DNA of 64,000 nucleotides from an uncultured Gemmatimonadales bacterium (GCA_963783305.1 CAWAMW010000016.1:576001-640000), one strand, 5' to 3'. Positions 22,692-32,963 are shown, counted from the first letter of the stretch. The notes: generated by a model from the sequence alone, not told the origin. Made by a program: numbers and translations.

Positions 22692-23603
22692 GTGACGGGA
22701 CGAGGACCCGGCTGGCCCACGGTCCTCGGGCTGACCCTGGTGGTGCTGACCTTCTCGGTTCTCCACCCGCTTCAGCTGATGATGATTCCACTGGCCATGC
22801 TGCTGGTGGCGCTCCCGCCGCGTCGCGCGGGGCTCGTCATGTTCGCGGCACTGCTGGTCCTTTTGAGCTTTACGGGCCCGCGTGGCCCGCTCTGGTCGGT
22901 AGAGCGAGGGTGGTCCCTGCTTCTGGGTGGCTATTTCCTCGGTGCGATCCTGGTCTTGCCGGAACGGCCGTTCCTGGTCCGGGCGCTGGCGGCCACGGCG
23001 GCGGCTGTCGGGACCACGGCTGTGGTGGTGGCGGTGACGGGTGGGTGGTCGGAACTGGACTGGATGATGGCCGCCCACTACCGGGAAGTGGCGGAGGCGA
23101 TGGGCCGGACGTGGCCCGGTGGCCTGACCGATGCGGACCAGGTGGTGGAGCTTGCGGGCCGCTTGCCCGCGCGGTTGTTCCCGTCGTTTCTGGCGGTGGG
23201 ATCGCTGGCGGCGCTGGGCGTGGGCTGGTGGGGGTATCGCCGGCTGACGCGCGAAGGTGGGCCGTCGCTGGGTCGGCTGACGGAGTTCCGGTTCCCGGAC
23301 GTGCTGGTCTGGGTGCTGATAACGGGTGTGGCCCTGCTGGTGGTGCCGCTGGCGGATGGAGCGGCGCGGGTCGGGTCGAACCTCGTATTCTTCATGGGCG
23401 CGCTGTACGCGCTGAGGGGTTTCGCAGTGCTGGTGGCACTGGTGCTGGGAATGGTAGGGCCGCAGCTGCCGGTCCTGCTGGTGCTCGGGGTGGTGGGACT
23501 GTTCCTCTACCCCATCGTGGTGGCGGGAACGCTGCTGTTGGGATTGACCGATACGTGGCTGGACCTACGGTCCGGTCGCCGGACGGCGAACGACGAAGGC
23601 TGA
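22692..23603 (+). CDS. DUF2232 / YybS-like membrane protein
   Basis: Multi-TM; FRFPDVLVW and C-terminal LGLTDTWLDLR; usual rpsR-rplI position. Confidence 0.82.
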   Translation: MTGRGPGWPTVLGLTLVVLTFSVLHPLQLMMIPLAMLLVALPPRRAGLVMFAALLVLLSFTGPRGPLWSVERGWSLLLGGYFLGAILVLPERPFLVRALAATAAAVGTTAVVVAVTGGWSELDWMMAAHYREVAEAMGRTWPGGLTDADQVVELAGRLPARLFPSFLAVGSLAALGVGWWGYRRLTREGGPSLGRLTEFRFPDVLVWVLITGVALLVVPLADGAARVGSNLVFFMGALYALRGFAVLVALVLGMVGPQLPVLLVLGVVGLFLYPIVVAGTLLLGLTDTWLDLRSGRRTANDEG

Positions 23604-23613
23604 AGGAGCCACA

Positions 23614-24075
23614 ATGAAGACGGTGAAGTTGATTCTACGGGAAGACGTGGAGAAGGTCGGCGAGGCGGGAGACATTGTCTCCGTGAAGCCGGGCTTCGCG
23701 CGCAACTACCTGCTTCCGCAGGCGCTGGCATACGAGGCGACGGAAGCGAGTGTACGCCAGCTGGAGCAGGAGCGCGAGCGTGCGGATCAGCGTGCGCGGC
23801 GCGACTACCTCGAGGCGCGGCGTCGGGCGTCGCAGCTGGAGGAGGTGCAGCTGACCTTCCATGCGCGTGCGGGCGAGGAGTCGAAGCTGTTCGGGTCCAT
23901 CGGGACCGCGGACATTGCCGACCGCCTGAACGAGCAGTCGCTGGACTTCGAGGTGGACCGCAGGGATGTGGAGCTGGACGAGCCGATCAAGGCGCTGGGC
24001 GTCTACAACGTGCCCGTCAAGCTGCACGCAGAAGTGAGGCCCGAAGTAAAGGTCTGGGTCATCAAGGAGGAGTAG
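23614..24075 (+). CDS. rplI: 50S ribosomal protein L9
   Basis: GEAGDIVSVKPGFARNYLLP, KLFGSI, PIKALG. Confidence 0.98.
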   Translation: MKTVKLILREDVEKVGEAGDIVSVKPGFARNYLLPQALAYEATEASVRQLEQERERADQRARRDYLEARRRASQLEEVQLTFHARAGEESKLFGSIGTADIADRLNEQSLDFEVDRRDVELDEPIKALGVYNVPVKLHAEVRPEVKVWVIKEE

Positions 24076-24189
24076 CGAGCCCGGGGGTGGCGGGCCGGTG
24101 AGCCGGCCGCATCGTCCCGGCGGGCAGCGAGCAACGCGAGGGGTGCGGTCCGGCCATCCCTCGCGTCGCTACATTATACTGGGAGACGA

Positions 24190-24594
24190 ATGGCAAGTAA
24201 TTCTTCGAAGGACCCAGCGCGCGCCACTGACCGGACGCTGACGCCGAAGGACCTGACGGATGAGGTTCGGCGGGCGGTCGAGATGGCCCTGGACAGGAAG
24301 GCCCGGGACCTGACGGTTCTCGATCTGCGGGGACTGTCCACGGCTACGGACTACTTCATCGTGGCCACCGGCACATCGGATATCCACGTGCGCGGTGTCG
24401 CCGAGCACATCATCGATGGGCTCAAGAAGGCGGATGTGCGGCCGAGCCACGTGGAGGGGCTGCGAGGCGGACGCTGGGTCCTCATCGACTACATCGACTT
24501 CGTGGTCCACGTCTTTCATCCGGCCGCACGGGACTTCTACGAGCTGGAGCGGCTGTGGGGTGACGCACCGCTGCTGGCGGTGGAGTCTCCTTAG
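24190..24594 (+). CDS. rsfS: Ribosome silencing factor
   Basis: DRKARDLTVLDL, DYFIVATG, WVLIDYIDFVVHVF, RDFYELERLWGDA. Confidence 0.96.
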   Translation: MASNSSKDPARATDRTLTPKDLTDEVRRAVEMALDRKARDLTVLDLRGLSTATDYFIVATGTSDIHVRGVAEHIIDGLKKADVRPSHVEGLRGGRWVLIDYIDFVVHVFHPAARDFYELERLWGDAPLLAVESP

Positions 24595-24743
24595 CCCCAC
24601 CGTGTGGGTACGACCGGCCGCGGTCGCCGTTCTTTTGCCGCACCGGCCCCCGCTGTATCATTAAGCCGATTTTCCGAGCCGACCACTCGCAGCCCTGAGG
24701 GAGGGGACGCGATCATAGTGAAGGACCCGAACCCATTGTTCCG

Positions 24744-26120
24744 ATGAGCCCCCAGCCCAGACCCGCGGCCACGGCGTTCGAGCCCGGGTCGGATGCACTG
24801 CCGGCCGCTCTCGAACCTGCCATACTCGAATCCGAAAGCCCGATCCTCCTCCTCGTCGCACCCGACACCGGCGACGCGGTGACGCGTGCGGCAATCGGTC
24901 TGGCCGAGGCACGGGCTAAGACCGGCGCGTCCACGATCCTGGCGGACGCCAGCGCCCGCGAGCCCCGGCTCCACAAGCTTTTGGATGTCGATAATCTGGA
25001 GGGGCTCGCGGATGTGTTCCTCTTCGGCGCCTCTCTGGACCACGTGCGCGTGCGGCCGCCCACACGAGCGTTCGACTTCGTCCCCATCGGCGCGTTCGTC
25101 CCCGACCCGAGTGCGGTGCTGGACAGCTCGCGCTGGGACCGTATCGCCCGCTCGGTCGAGGCGGAGTCGGCGAAGCTGCTGGTCTTCGTTCCAGCGGACA
25201 GCCCGGGCCTCGGGATCCTCTCTGCCCGTGTGGGCGAGGCGGTCCTGATCGGCGACGCCGGGAGCGTCGATCGCATGGCGGGGCGGCTGGACCCTTCGTG
25301 CGCTGTGCTTGCGGTGGTGGAGCCATCCTCGGCCACGGCGCCGGAGCGGCTCGCGGCGGAGGCGGGAGCCGCGGAGGCCGAGGGCGCGGTGACGATCTTC
25401 GACCAGCCGGAGCTGTCGGAGCCGGTCGTGTTCCGGAGCGACCGCGCGAGCCGAAGGGCGATCTCGCCGATTCTCCTGCTTCTGCTGGTGGCGGCCCTGC
25501 TCGTGGCCGCCTGGTTCGCCTACCGGGAGTATTTCCCGCCGGCCACGCCGGAGCCCGCGGCGCAGCCGGCGCAGGAGACATCCGCCGCACCGGTGAGAGG
25601 AGAGCCGGTGGAGACGCCGATCCCGGTTTCGGTGGCCGTGGAGGCGCACCAGGATCTGGAGAGCGCGTCGGAGCGGATCGCGGCTCTGCGCCGGGCGGAA
25701 CCCGGGATCGGCTTCTTTCTGGCACCCGTTTCCGTGCGCGGCGTGCTGTACTACCGTCTCCTCGCCGGACCGGTCGCGAGCCGTGAAGCGGGCGAGCGGC
25801 TGATGCAGCGGCTGGTGGAAGGCGACTACAAGACCGCCGTGGACACGTGGGCGGTCCGTCCGACGGAGCAGGCGTTCGATCTGGGCGAGTTCGACACGCA
25901 GCGGCAGGCGGCGGCGCGTGTGGATAGCCTGGGCGCGGCGGGGATTCCCTCCTACATCGTGCCGATCCGTTATGAACCGGGTCGCCCTCGCTATCGGGTC
26001 TACGGTGGCGCGTACGAGTCGGAGGCTGAGGCGTTGGTCATGGCGGAGATGCTGGCGGCGGCGGGCATCGAGCCGCGGCTCGTGGCTCGAACGGGCGAGC
26101 CGATCCAAGAGGGTGCATGA
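24744..26120 (+). CDS. Bitopic membrane protein: degenerate BY-kinase/P-loop-like domain + TM + SPOR-like domains
   Basis: TM ISPILLLLLVAALLVAAWFAY; SPOR-like YYRLLAGPVASREAG and YRVYGGAYESEAEA; ATGA overlap with smc. Confidence 0.8.
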   Translation: MSPQPRPAATAFEPGSDALPAALEPAILESESPILLLVAPDTGDAVTRAAIGLAEARAKTGASTILADASAREPRLHKLLDVDNLEGLADVFLFGASLDHVRVRPPTRAFDFVPIGAFVPDPSAVLDSSRWDRIARSVEAESAKLLVFVPADSPGLGILSARVGEAVLIGDAGSVDRMAGRLDPSCAVLAVVEPSSATAPERLAAEAGAAEAEGAVTIFDQPELSEPVVFRSDRASRRAISPILLLLLVAALLVAAWFAYREYFPPATPEPAAQPAQETSAAPVRGEPVETPIPVSVAVEAHQDLESASERIAALRRAEPGIGFFLAPVSVRGVLYYRLLAGPVASREAGERLMQRLVEGDYKTAVDTWAVRPTEQAFDLGEFDTQRQAAARVDSLGAAGIPSYIVPIRYEPGRPRYRVYGGAYESEAEALVMAEMLAAAGIEPRLVARTGEPIQEGA

Positions 26121-29100
26121 GGGTTCGCAAGCTGCAGCTGTACGGATTCAAGTCCTTCGCCGACCGCACGGAGCTCGAATTCCATGAGGGCATCACCGCC
26201 ATTGTAGGCCCGAACGGGTGCGGGAAATCCAACATCAGCGACGCCATCCGCTGGGTGCTGGGCGAGCAGCGCCCCGGGGCCATCCGCGGATCCCGCATGG
26301 AGGAGGCGATCTTCCAGGGGACGCAGAAGCGCCGGGCGGTGAATCGGGCGGAGGTCGCGCTCGTCGTGGATAACTCCGACCGCCGCCTGCCGGTGCCGCA
26401 GGAGGAGGTGGAGATCCGGCGGACGGTCCACCGGGAGGGCGGGAGTGATTACGAGCTGAATCGCGAGAATGTCCGGCTCAAGGACATTCTCGACATGTGC
26501 AGGGACACCGGTCTCGGCGCGAACGCGTATGCCATCATCGAGCAGGGGATGGTGGACTCGCTGCTGAGCGACAAGGCGGACGAGCGGCGCCAGGTGTTCG
26601 AGGAGGCGGCCGGGATCGGGCGCTACAAGGACCGGCGGAAGGTCGCGCGTCGGCGGCTGGACGCCGCCGAGGACGATGTCTCCCGTCTCGATGACGTCAT
26701 CTCGGAGGTACAGACCAAGGTCCGAAGCCTGGCGCGGCAGCGGAGTCGAGCGGAGCGCTACCAGACGCTCCGCGACCGGCGGCTGGCGGTGGAGGTGACC
26801 GTGGCGCAGCTCCACCTGGAGATGCTTCGGGATTCGCTTACGGACGCACAGGCCCGCCTGGCGGAGCTCACGGAGCTCCAGCCCACCGCGAAGGCGGAGC
26901 TGAGCACGGCCGAGGCCGAACTCGAACGCCGGCGGCTCGAAACCGCCGACATCTCCCGGCAGCGCGGCGCCCGCGCGGCCCGTCTGGAAGAGGTGAACCG
27001 CCAGATCTCGCAGCGGGAGCGGGAGCTCGCCGTGGCGGAGGAGCGGCGCGGCCATTCGCAGCGTCGGCTCCAGCAGATCAAGACCGAGCGGGTGGAGACC
27101 CGCGAACGCGTGGCGACGTTACGGAGCGAGATCCAGGCGCTCACCGACGACCTGACCACCCGGCAGCGGGCGCTGCAGGACCTGGCCGTGCGCGTGGCGG
27201 AGGCTCAGGAGCGGCAGAAGATGCTGCGCGAGGAGCTTTCTGTGGCCCGGGAGGCCGAGCACGAGACCCGAACGAGGCAGGAGGAGCTCGGGGAGCGGAT
27301 CGCGCAGCTGAGGGCCGCGGGCCAGGCGGGACGGGCGCGGGCCGCCGACGCGGAGGAGCGCACCGATCGGCTGGCGCTCGAGCATGAGGAGCTCGAAGCC
27401 GAACTGGCTCGTCTGGAGGAGCAGGGAGACCTGTTCGCCCACCGCGCCCGGGAGCTCTCCGACACCGAGGCGGGGGCCCGCGAGGAGGTTGATTCCTGCC
27501 GCGCCCGGCTGGCGGGGCTGCGGGAGGAAGAGCTCGAGTCCCGCCGCACTCTCACCGAGGCGGAAGACCGCGAGAACCTGCTGTCCGCTCGGGTCGCCGC
27601 GCTCGAAGCGCTGGAACGCGACTACCACGGGTTCTCACCTGCCGTGGCCGCCGCCCTCGAGGATCGGGAGTCGCTGGAAGGGCTGGTCGGGCCGCTGGCG
27701 GAGCTACTGGACCTGCCTGACACCCGCGCCGCGGCGGTGGAGGAGGCCGTCGGCGCCATCCTCCAGGTCCTGGTGGTGGAGGATGAGCCCGCGCTGGACC
27801 GGCTCCGGCGCTGGGTCGGCGAGCACGGCCCGCAACAGGGGGTCCTGGCGCTTCTCGTCCAGGACGACCTCGAGCGGGTCCGCGACCTCGTGGCCGCCTT
27901 CGAGTTCGCGGGTGAGCCGGCCTCGGAGCCTGTCCTCCTGCGCCGGCGCGAGCGACTGCGGGAGCTTCGGTCCCAGGCCGAAGAGGCGGCCCGGACGCGG
28001 GAGGCGCTCGCCGCCGCCCGCTCGAGCCTCGCCGCGAAGGTGGAAGAAGCCGAGTCGGAAGTACGGGAGCTGGAGGAGAAGGCGCGGGGGCTCGAGATGG
28101 AGCTGCGGCGCCTCGACGCCGACGAGGCGGCGCGCAGCGGGCAGCGTGCTCGGACGGAGCGCAATCGCGACGAGTTGGAGCAGCGGCGGGCGGGGCTCCG
28201 GGCGGCGGCCGAGCAGGCCAGAGCGGAGGCGGCCAGGGCCGACGAGGAGGTCGGGGAGCTCGGCAAGAAGCTGGAGCGGCTCCAGGACCGGCGCCACGAT
28301 GCCGACGAGGCGCTGGCGGAGCGGCAGGGCGCCTGGGAAGAGGTCCGCGACGAGGTTTCCGAACTGCGGATCGCGCATGCCCGCGAGGAGGCGTCGCTGG
28401 CCGAGCTCGATCGCCGTCGGTCGAGCGCTGAGACCTCGCTGTCGCACGCCGAGGCTCGCCTGGATGCGCTGGACACCGAGGAGAAGGAGCACCAGGTGGC
28501 CATCGCCGAGCTGGAGGAGGTCCGGCAGGGCGGCGGCGCAGAGCTGGAGACGTTCTTCGCTCAGCGGGAGGAGGCGGCCGAGAGCCTGCGCGGCTTCGAC
28601 GAGCGGCTGACCAGGGCCAACGAAGCGGCGGAGGAGTTGGAGCGTCGCTCGCGGAAGCTGCGTGGCATCGCGGAGAGCAGTGGCGAGGAGCGGCACAAGC
28701 TGGAGCTCCGGATGACCGAGGCGGCCGCGGCCGAGCGACGCATCCGGGAGCGGCTGGAGGTGGAGTGGGACCGCCCCTATGACCAGCTGGTCGAGCAGGT
28801 GGAGCCGGTGGAAGGCGACCTGGACCCGCTCAAGTCGGAGCTTCAGCAGGTCATCCACGATCTCGACCGCCTGGGCGCCATCAACATGCTGGCGGTGGAG
28901 GAGTACGACGAGGAGAAGGAGCGGCTCGATTTCCTGGAAACTCAGCGTGCGGACCTCGGGCAGGCGCGGGACGACCTTCAGAAGGCGATCCGGGAGATCA
29001 ACCGCACGGCCAAGCAGCTGTTCACGGACACGTTCAATCAGGTCCGGCACAACTTCCAGACCACGTTCCAGACACTGTTCGAAGGCGGGCAGTGCGACGT

Positions 29101-29494
29101 CTGGCTGGCCGACGAGGATGACCCGCTGGAGAGCCCCATCGAGATCTCGGCCTCGCCGAGGGGGAAGCGTACCCAGAGGATCCACCTGCTCAGCGGTGGC
29201 GAGCGCGCCCTCACCTCGCTCGCGCTCCTGTTCGCCATCTACCTCGTGAAACCGAGCCCGTTCTGCGTCCTCGACGAGGTGGACGCGCCGCTGGACGAGG
29301 CGAACATCGGTCGCTTCCTCGGGATGCTCGACCGCTTCAAGAGCGAGACACAGTTCATCGTCGTGACCCACAACCCGCGTACCATGGAAGCCGCCGACTG
29401 GATCTACGGCGTCACCATGGAGGAGCCGGGGGTGAGTTCCATCGTGGGCGTGCACCTGGACGATGCCGCCGAGGCGGCCGTCCCTGCGGCATAA
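26117..29494 (+). CDS. smc: Chromosome segregation protein SMC (short hinge)
   Basis: GFKSF, GPNGCGKSN, IIEQG, FEEAAGI, long coiled coils, LSGGE, FCVLDEVDAPLD, VTH. Confidence 0.96.
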   Translation: MRVRKLQLYGFKSFADRTELEFHEGITAIVGPNGCGKSNISDAIRWVLGEQRPGAIRGSRMEEAIFQGTQKRRAVNRAEVALVVDNSDRRLPVPQEEVEIRRTVHREGGSDYELNRENVRLKDILDMCRDTGLGANAYAIIEQGMVDSLLSDKADERRQVFEEAAGIGRYKDRRKVARRRLDAAEDDVSRLDDVISEVQTKVRSLARQRSRAERYQTLRDRRLAVEVTVAQLHLEMLRDSLTDAQARLAELTELQPTAKAELSTAEAELERRRLETADISRQRGARAARLEEVNRQISQRERELAVAEERRGHSQRRLQQIKTERVETRERVATLRSEIQALTDDLTTRQRALQDLAVRVAEAQERQKMLREELSVAREAEHETRTRQEELGERIAQLRAAGQAGRARAADAEERTDRLALEHEELEAELARLEEQGDLFAHRARELSDTEAGAREEVDSCRARLAGLREEELESRRTLTEAEDRENLLSARVAALEALERDYHGFSPAVAAALEDRESLEGLVGPLAELLDLPDTRAAAVEEAVGAILQVLVVEDEPALDRLRRWVGEHGPQQGVLALLVQDDLERVRDLVAAFEFAGEPASEPVLLRRRERLRELRSQAEEAARTREALAAARSSLAAKVEEAESEVRELEEKARGLEMELRRLDADEAARSGQRARTERNRDELEQRRAGLRAAAEQARAEAARADEEVGELGKKLERLQDRRHDADEALAERQGAWEEVRDEVSELRIAHAREEASLAELDRRRSSAETSLSHAEARLDALDTEEKEHQVAIAELEEVRQGGGAELETFFAQREEAAESLRGFDERLTRANEAAEELERRSRKLRGIAESSGEERHKLELRMTEAAAAERRIRERLEVEWDRPYDQLVEQVEPVEGDLDPLKSELQQVIHDLDRLGAINMLAVEEYDEEKERLDFLETQRADLGQARDDLQKAIREINRTAKQLFTDTFNQVRHNFQTTFQTLFEGGQCDVWLADEDDPLESPIEISASPRGKRTQRIHLLSGGERALTSLALLFAIYLVKPSPFCVLDEVDAPLDEANIGRFLGMLDRFKSETQFIVVTHNPRTMEAADWIYGVTMEEPGVSSIVGVHLDDAAEAAVPAA

Positions 29495-29518
29495 GCCAAC
29501 CCTTCGCAGCGTATCGAG

Positions 29519-30295
29519 ATGCCGAAGCTCACGGTGGTGGGGTGCGGTACCGCTGCACCGGAGCCCCAGCGCGTATGCAGCGGGTACTGGCTGGAGTCCG
29601 GGGGAGAGCGGCTCCTCATGGACTGCGGACCCGGGGTCGTGCATGGGATGGCGCGACACGGCCTGCCGTGGCCGCACCTCGACCACCTCCTGATCTCCCA
29701 CTTCCACAATGATCACATCGGCGACATCCCGATGCTCCTGTTCGCGCTCAAGTGGGGAACCCGGGAGCGGCGGACGGCGCCGCTCACGGTCTGGGCGCCC
29801 GAGGGCATGCAGTCCCGGCTCACCGCCATGGCGGCTGCATTCGGGGGCCACGTGGCCGATCCGGGGTTCCCCCTCGTCGTGCGACAGGTAGGGCCCGGGG
29901 ACGATTTCCAGATCGGGCCGTTCCAGGTGGCTGCCGCGAAGACGCCGCACACCGCCGAATCGCTCTGCTATACGGTGGCGGACGGCGCCGGCGCGATCGG
30001 GTACACGGGTGACACCGGCCCCTCCATGGACGTCGCGCACTTCATGGCGGGCTGCGACGTCATGATCGCCGAATGCTCGCTCCCCGACGACAGCGCCATT
30101 CCCAGCCATCTCTCTCCCTCCTCGCTCGCCGAGATGGCGGAAGCGGCGGCACCCGGTCGCCTGCTGGTGGCGCACGTATACCCCTGGCTGGATGCGCTGG
30201 ACCCGCTGGGCCTTCTGCGTCAGGCCGGCTATGGGGGCGCGGCCATCCGGGCACGGGACGGTCTCGAGCTGACGGTCGGCGCTCCCCACAGCTAG
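29519..30295 (+). CDS. MBL-fold metallohydrolase (RNase Z/BN-like)
   Basis: GCGTAAP, MDCGPG, SHFHNDH, YTGDT, AECS, HLS, AHVYP. Confidence 0.88.
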   Translation: MPKLTVVGCGTAAPEPQRVCSGYWLESGGERLLMDCGPGVVHGMARHGLPWPHLDHLLISHFHNDHIGDIPMLLFALKWGTRERRTAPLTVWAPEGMQSRLTAMAAAFGGHVADPGFPLVVRQVGPGDDFQIGPFQVAAAKTPHTAESLCYTVADGAGAIGYTGDTGPSMDVAHFMAGCDVMIAECSLPDDSAIPSHLSPSSLAEMAEAAAPGRLLVAHVYPWLDALDPLGLLRQAGYGGAAIRARDGLELTVGAPHS

Positions 30296-30347
30296 GCGCT
30301 TCTGCCGCCCCGTTCCGCTGCGGACACCCTGTAGCACCGCCGCGCCA

Positions 30348-30376
30348 TGGACGGCCCCTCCACTTCGATTTAGCTT
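30348..30376 (+). promoter_or_regulatory. Putative sigma70 promoter for aroF
   Basis: TGGACG-17 nt-TAGCTT. Confidence 0.5.
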
Positions 30377-30427
30377 CCGGTCGCGCCGTTCGGCAGCGCA
30401 ATCGATCCACCGACGTCAGGGAATGGC

Positions 30428-31468
30428 ATGCTCGTCGTGATGAACCACGGCGCGCCGGGGCAGGACATCCAGCGCGTCATCGAGACCATCGAAGAAATGG
30501 GATACGGCGCCCGCCCGATCCCTGGAAAACAGCGTACGGCCATCGGACTGGTCGGGAACGACGGTGGGGTGGATGCCGGTCGCCTGGAGGCACTTCCGGG
30601 AGTTCAGCAGGTCATCCAGGTCACGCGGCCGTACAAGCAGGTCTCCAGGGAGTGGCGGGAGGAGGCCACGGTAGTCGAGCTGCCGAATGGCACCCGGATC
30701 GGCGCGGGCGAAGTCGTATTCATGGCCGGTCCGTGCTCGGTGGAGTCGGAGCACCAGATCATCACGGCCGCCCACCAGGTGCGGGACGCCGGGGCCACGA
30801 TCCTGCGCGGCGGCGCTTTCAAGCCCCGCAGTTCGCCGTACGCCTTCCAGGGGCTGGGCGTCCCGGGGCTGGAGCTGCTGGCGAAGGCGCGGGCGGAGAC
30901 GGGGCTGGCGGTGGTCACCGAGGCGCTGGAGCCGGACCTGGTCGAAACCGTGGCCGAATACGCCGACATCGTGCAGATCGGCGCCCGCAACATGCAGAAC
31001 TACCCGTTGCTGCGTCGCGCCGGTCGGTGCGGCAAGCCGGTCCTCCTGAAGCGGGGAATGGCCGCCACGATCAACGAGCTGCTGCTCGCCGCCGAGTACA
31101 TCCTGAGCGAGGGCAACCCGAACGTCATCCTCTGCGAGCGGGGCGTGCGCAGCTTCGACGACCACACGCGGAACCTGCTGGACCTGACCGCGATCCCGGT
31201 GGTGAAGTCGCTGAGCCACCTGCCGATCATCGCCGATCCCAGCCACGGCACCGGCCTGCGGGCCAAAGTAGTGCCCATGGCGCGGGCCGCGGTGGCCGCG
31301 GGGGCGGACGGTCTCATGATCGAGGTCCATCCCGATCCGGACCACGCGCTCTCCGACGGCGCCCAGTCGCTGTACCCCGAGCAGTTCGTCGAGCTGCGGG
31401 AGCAGGTGGGCATCATCGCTGAGGCCATCGGGCGGCGGCTCGTCAAACCGCTGCCGGTTCCCGCGTAG
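30428..31468 (+). CDS. aroF: DAHP synthase, type I-beta with N-terminal regulatory domain
   Basis: [63 protein letters not shown]. Confidence 0.96.
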   Translation: MLVVMNHGAPGQDIQRVIETIEEMGYGARPIPGKQRTAIGLVGNDGGVDAGRLEALPGVQQVIQVTRPYKQVSREWREEATVVELPNGTRIGAGEVVFMAGPCSVESEHQIITAAHQVRDAGATILRGGAFKPRSSPYAFQGLGVPGLELLAKARAETGLAVVTEALEPDLVETVAEYADIVQIGARNMQNYPLLRRAGRCGKPVLLKRGMAATINELLLAAEYILSEGNPNVILCERGVRSFDDHTRNLLDLTAIPVVKSLSHLPIIADPSHGTGLRAKVVPMARAAVAAGADGLMIEVHPDPDHALSDGAQSLYPEQFVELREQVGIIAEAIGRRLVKPLPVPA

Positions 31469-31570
31469 CCGGTCCCCGGCTTTCTCTCAGCGCGGCGCGG
31501 CCGATCCGGCCATTCCCGTGCCCCACGAGCACGGTGACTTTCCACGCGTACCCGCACCCGGTGGACGGCC

Positions 31571-31930
31571 ATGACCCGATCGCACGACCTGGGCAGGACG
31601 GGGGAGAGGCTCGCCGCTTCCTACCTGCGCCAGCGCGGCTGGAGCATCCTGGAGCGCAATTGGCGTTTTCACCACAAGGAGATCGATCTGGTGGTGCAGC
31701 GGGGGTGTCAGGTCGCCTTCGTGGAAGTGAAGAGCCGCGACGGGCGCTCTCTCGCGCACCCCTTCGAAAGCATCACAAGCGGCAAACGGCGGGACCTGGC
31801 CACAGCCGCCCGCGGGTGGATCGCCTTGCGGGGTACGGTGGGAGAGTCGTATCGATTCGACGCTGTGGCCGTGATCCGGGACGAAGCCGGAATGCGGCTC
31901 GAGCACGTGGAGGACGCCTGGCGGCCATGA
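31571..31930 (+). CDS. yraN: YraN family (UPF0102) endonuclease-like protein
   Basis: GRTGERLAASYL, ERNWR..EIDLV, FVEVKSR, YRFDAV. Confidence 0.92.
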   Translation: MTRSHDLGRTGERLAASYLRQRGWSILERNWRFHHKEIDLVVQRGCQVAFVEVKSRDGRSLAHPFESITSGKRRDLATAARGWIALRGTVGESYRFDAVAVIRDEAGMRLEHVEDAWRP

Positions 31931-32042
31931 GCGGAGGCCGGCCGGGGGGGGATTACCCGCAACCGGATCGGAGTGGAAGTGCAGTGGAGCTGAGGATGGA
32001 ATACCGCCCGCGGACGGCGGCCACACCCCGTCACGGCAGCCC

Positions 32043-32933
32043 ATGAAGCTGCTGGTCATGGGCGCCTCGGGACAGCTGGGCACCGACCTCGCTGCAGCCG
32101 CCAGGGTTCGCGGGGTGGAGGTCACCGGCTTCACACGGTCGGACCTGGACGTCACCCGGGACCATGATATCGCCGCCCACCTCGCCGGGCGTGACTACGA
32201 TGTCCTCGTGAACTGCACCGCGTACAGCGACACGGCTCGAGCGGAGTCCGAGCCAGGGAAGGCATTCGATGTGAACGCTGATGCTCCCGGGGCCATGGCC
32301 ACCGCCGCACGGAAGGCCGGCGCCCGGTTCGTGCACATCAGTACCGACTACGTTTTCGATGGCCTCACCCGCCGACCGTACGTCGAAGAGGATCCGCCGG
32401 CCCCGCTGGGAGTGTACGGCGCATCCAAGCTCGTGGGGGAGGCGCTCGCGCGACGGGCGTATCCCGAGGGAACGGTGGTCGTCCGTACCGCCGCGCTGTT
32501 CGGGGTCGCCGCGGTCGTCCGTGAGGGTGGGAACTTCGTCGAGACCATTCTCCGGGTGGCCCGCTCGGCTGCTTCGGGCGGCGGCTCCCTGCGCGGTGTC
32601 GACGACATCACGGTCTCGCCCACGTCCACGGCCGACCTGGCGACAGGCCTGCTCGATCTGATCGAAAGCGGTGCCCCCGCGGGGTTGTATCACCTCGTCA
32701 ACGAGGGCCAGGCGACCTGGTACGAGTTCGCGCGGGCGATCGTGGAGCGCGCCGGAATCGATGTGACGGTGGAGCCCGTCCGCGCCGAAGACTTCCCTTC
32801 GGTGTTCCGGCGGCCCAGCTTCAGCGTGCTCGATTCTGGCAAGGCTGCCGCTCTCGTCGGGCCCCTCCCGCACTGGGAGGAAGGGCTGGCGCATTACCTC
32901 GAGACCCGCGGCCCGAAGAACTCGATGCCGTGA
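32043..32933 (+). CDS. rfbD: dTDP-4-dehydrorhamnose reductase
   Basis: GASGQLG, HISTDYVFDG, YGASKLVGE, SPTST, RPSFSVL. Confidence 0.95.
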   Translation: MKLLVMGASGQLGTDLAAAARVRGVEVTGFTRSDLDVTRDHDIAAHLAGRDYDVLVNCTAYSDTARAESEPGKAFDVNADAPGAMATAARKAGARFVHISTDYVFDGLTRRPYVEEDPPAPLGVYGASKLVGEALARRAYPEGTVVVRTAALFGVAAVVREGGNFVETILRVARSAASGGGSLRGVDDITVSPTSTADLATGLLDLIESGAPAGLYHLVNEGQATWYEFARAIVERAGIDVTVEPVRAEDFPSVFRRPSFSVLDSGKAAALVGPLPHWEEGLAHYLETRGPKNSMP

Positions 32934-32963
32934 TCGCGACACGCACACCGACCCCCTGAACGA

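Noticed and set aside
24134..24167. GC hairpin between rplI and rsfS as a terminator or REP element
   Set aside because: No U-tract and no second copy noticed; function cannot be supported
26117..30295. SMC plus MBL nuclease as a Wadjet/Lamassu-like defence system
   Set aside because: Head regions are typical housekeeping SMC; no kleisin/KITE/JetD-type partners nearby; core-genome context
30347..30373. Short ORF (MDGPSTSI) as an aroF attenuator leader
   Set aside because: No aromatic codons or terminator; it coincides with the predicted promoter
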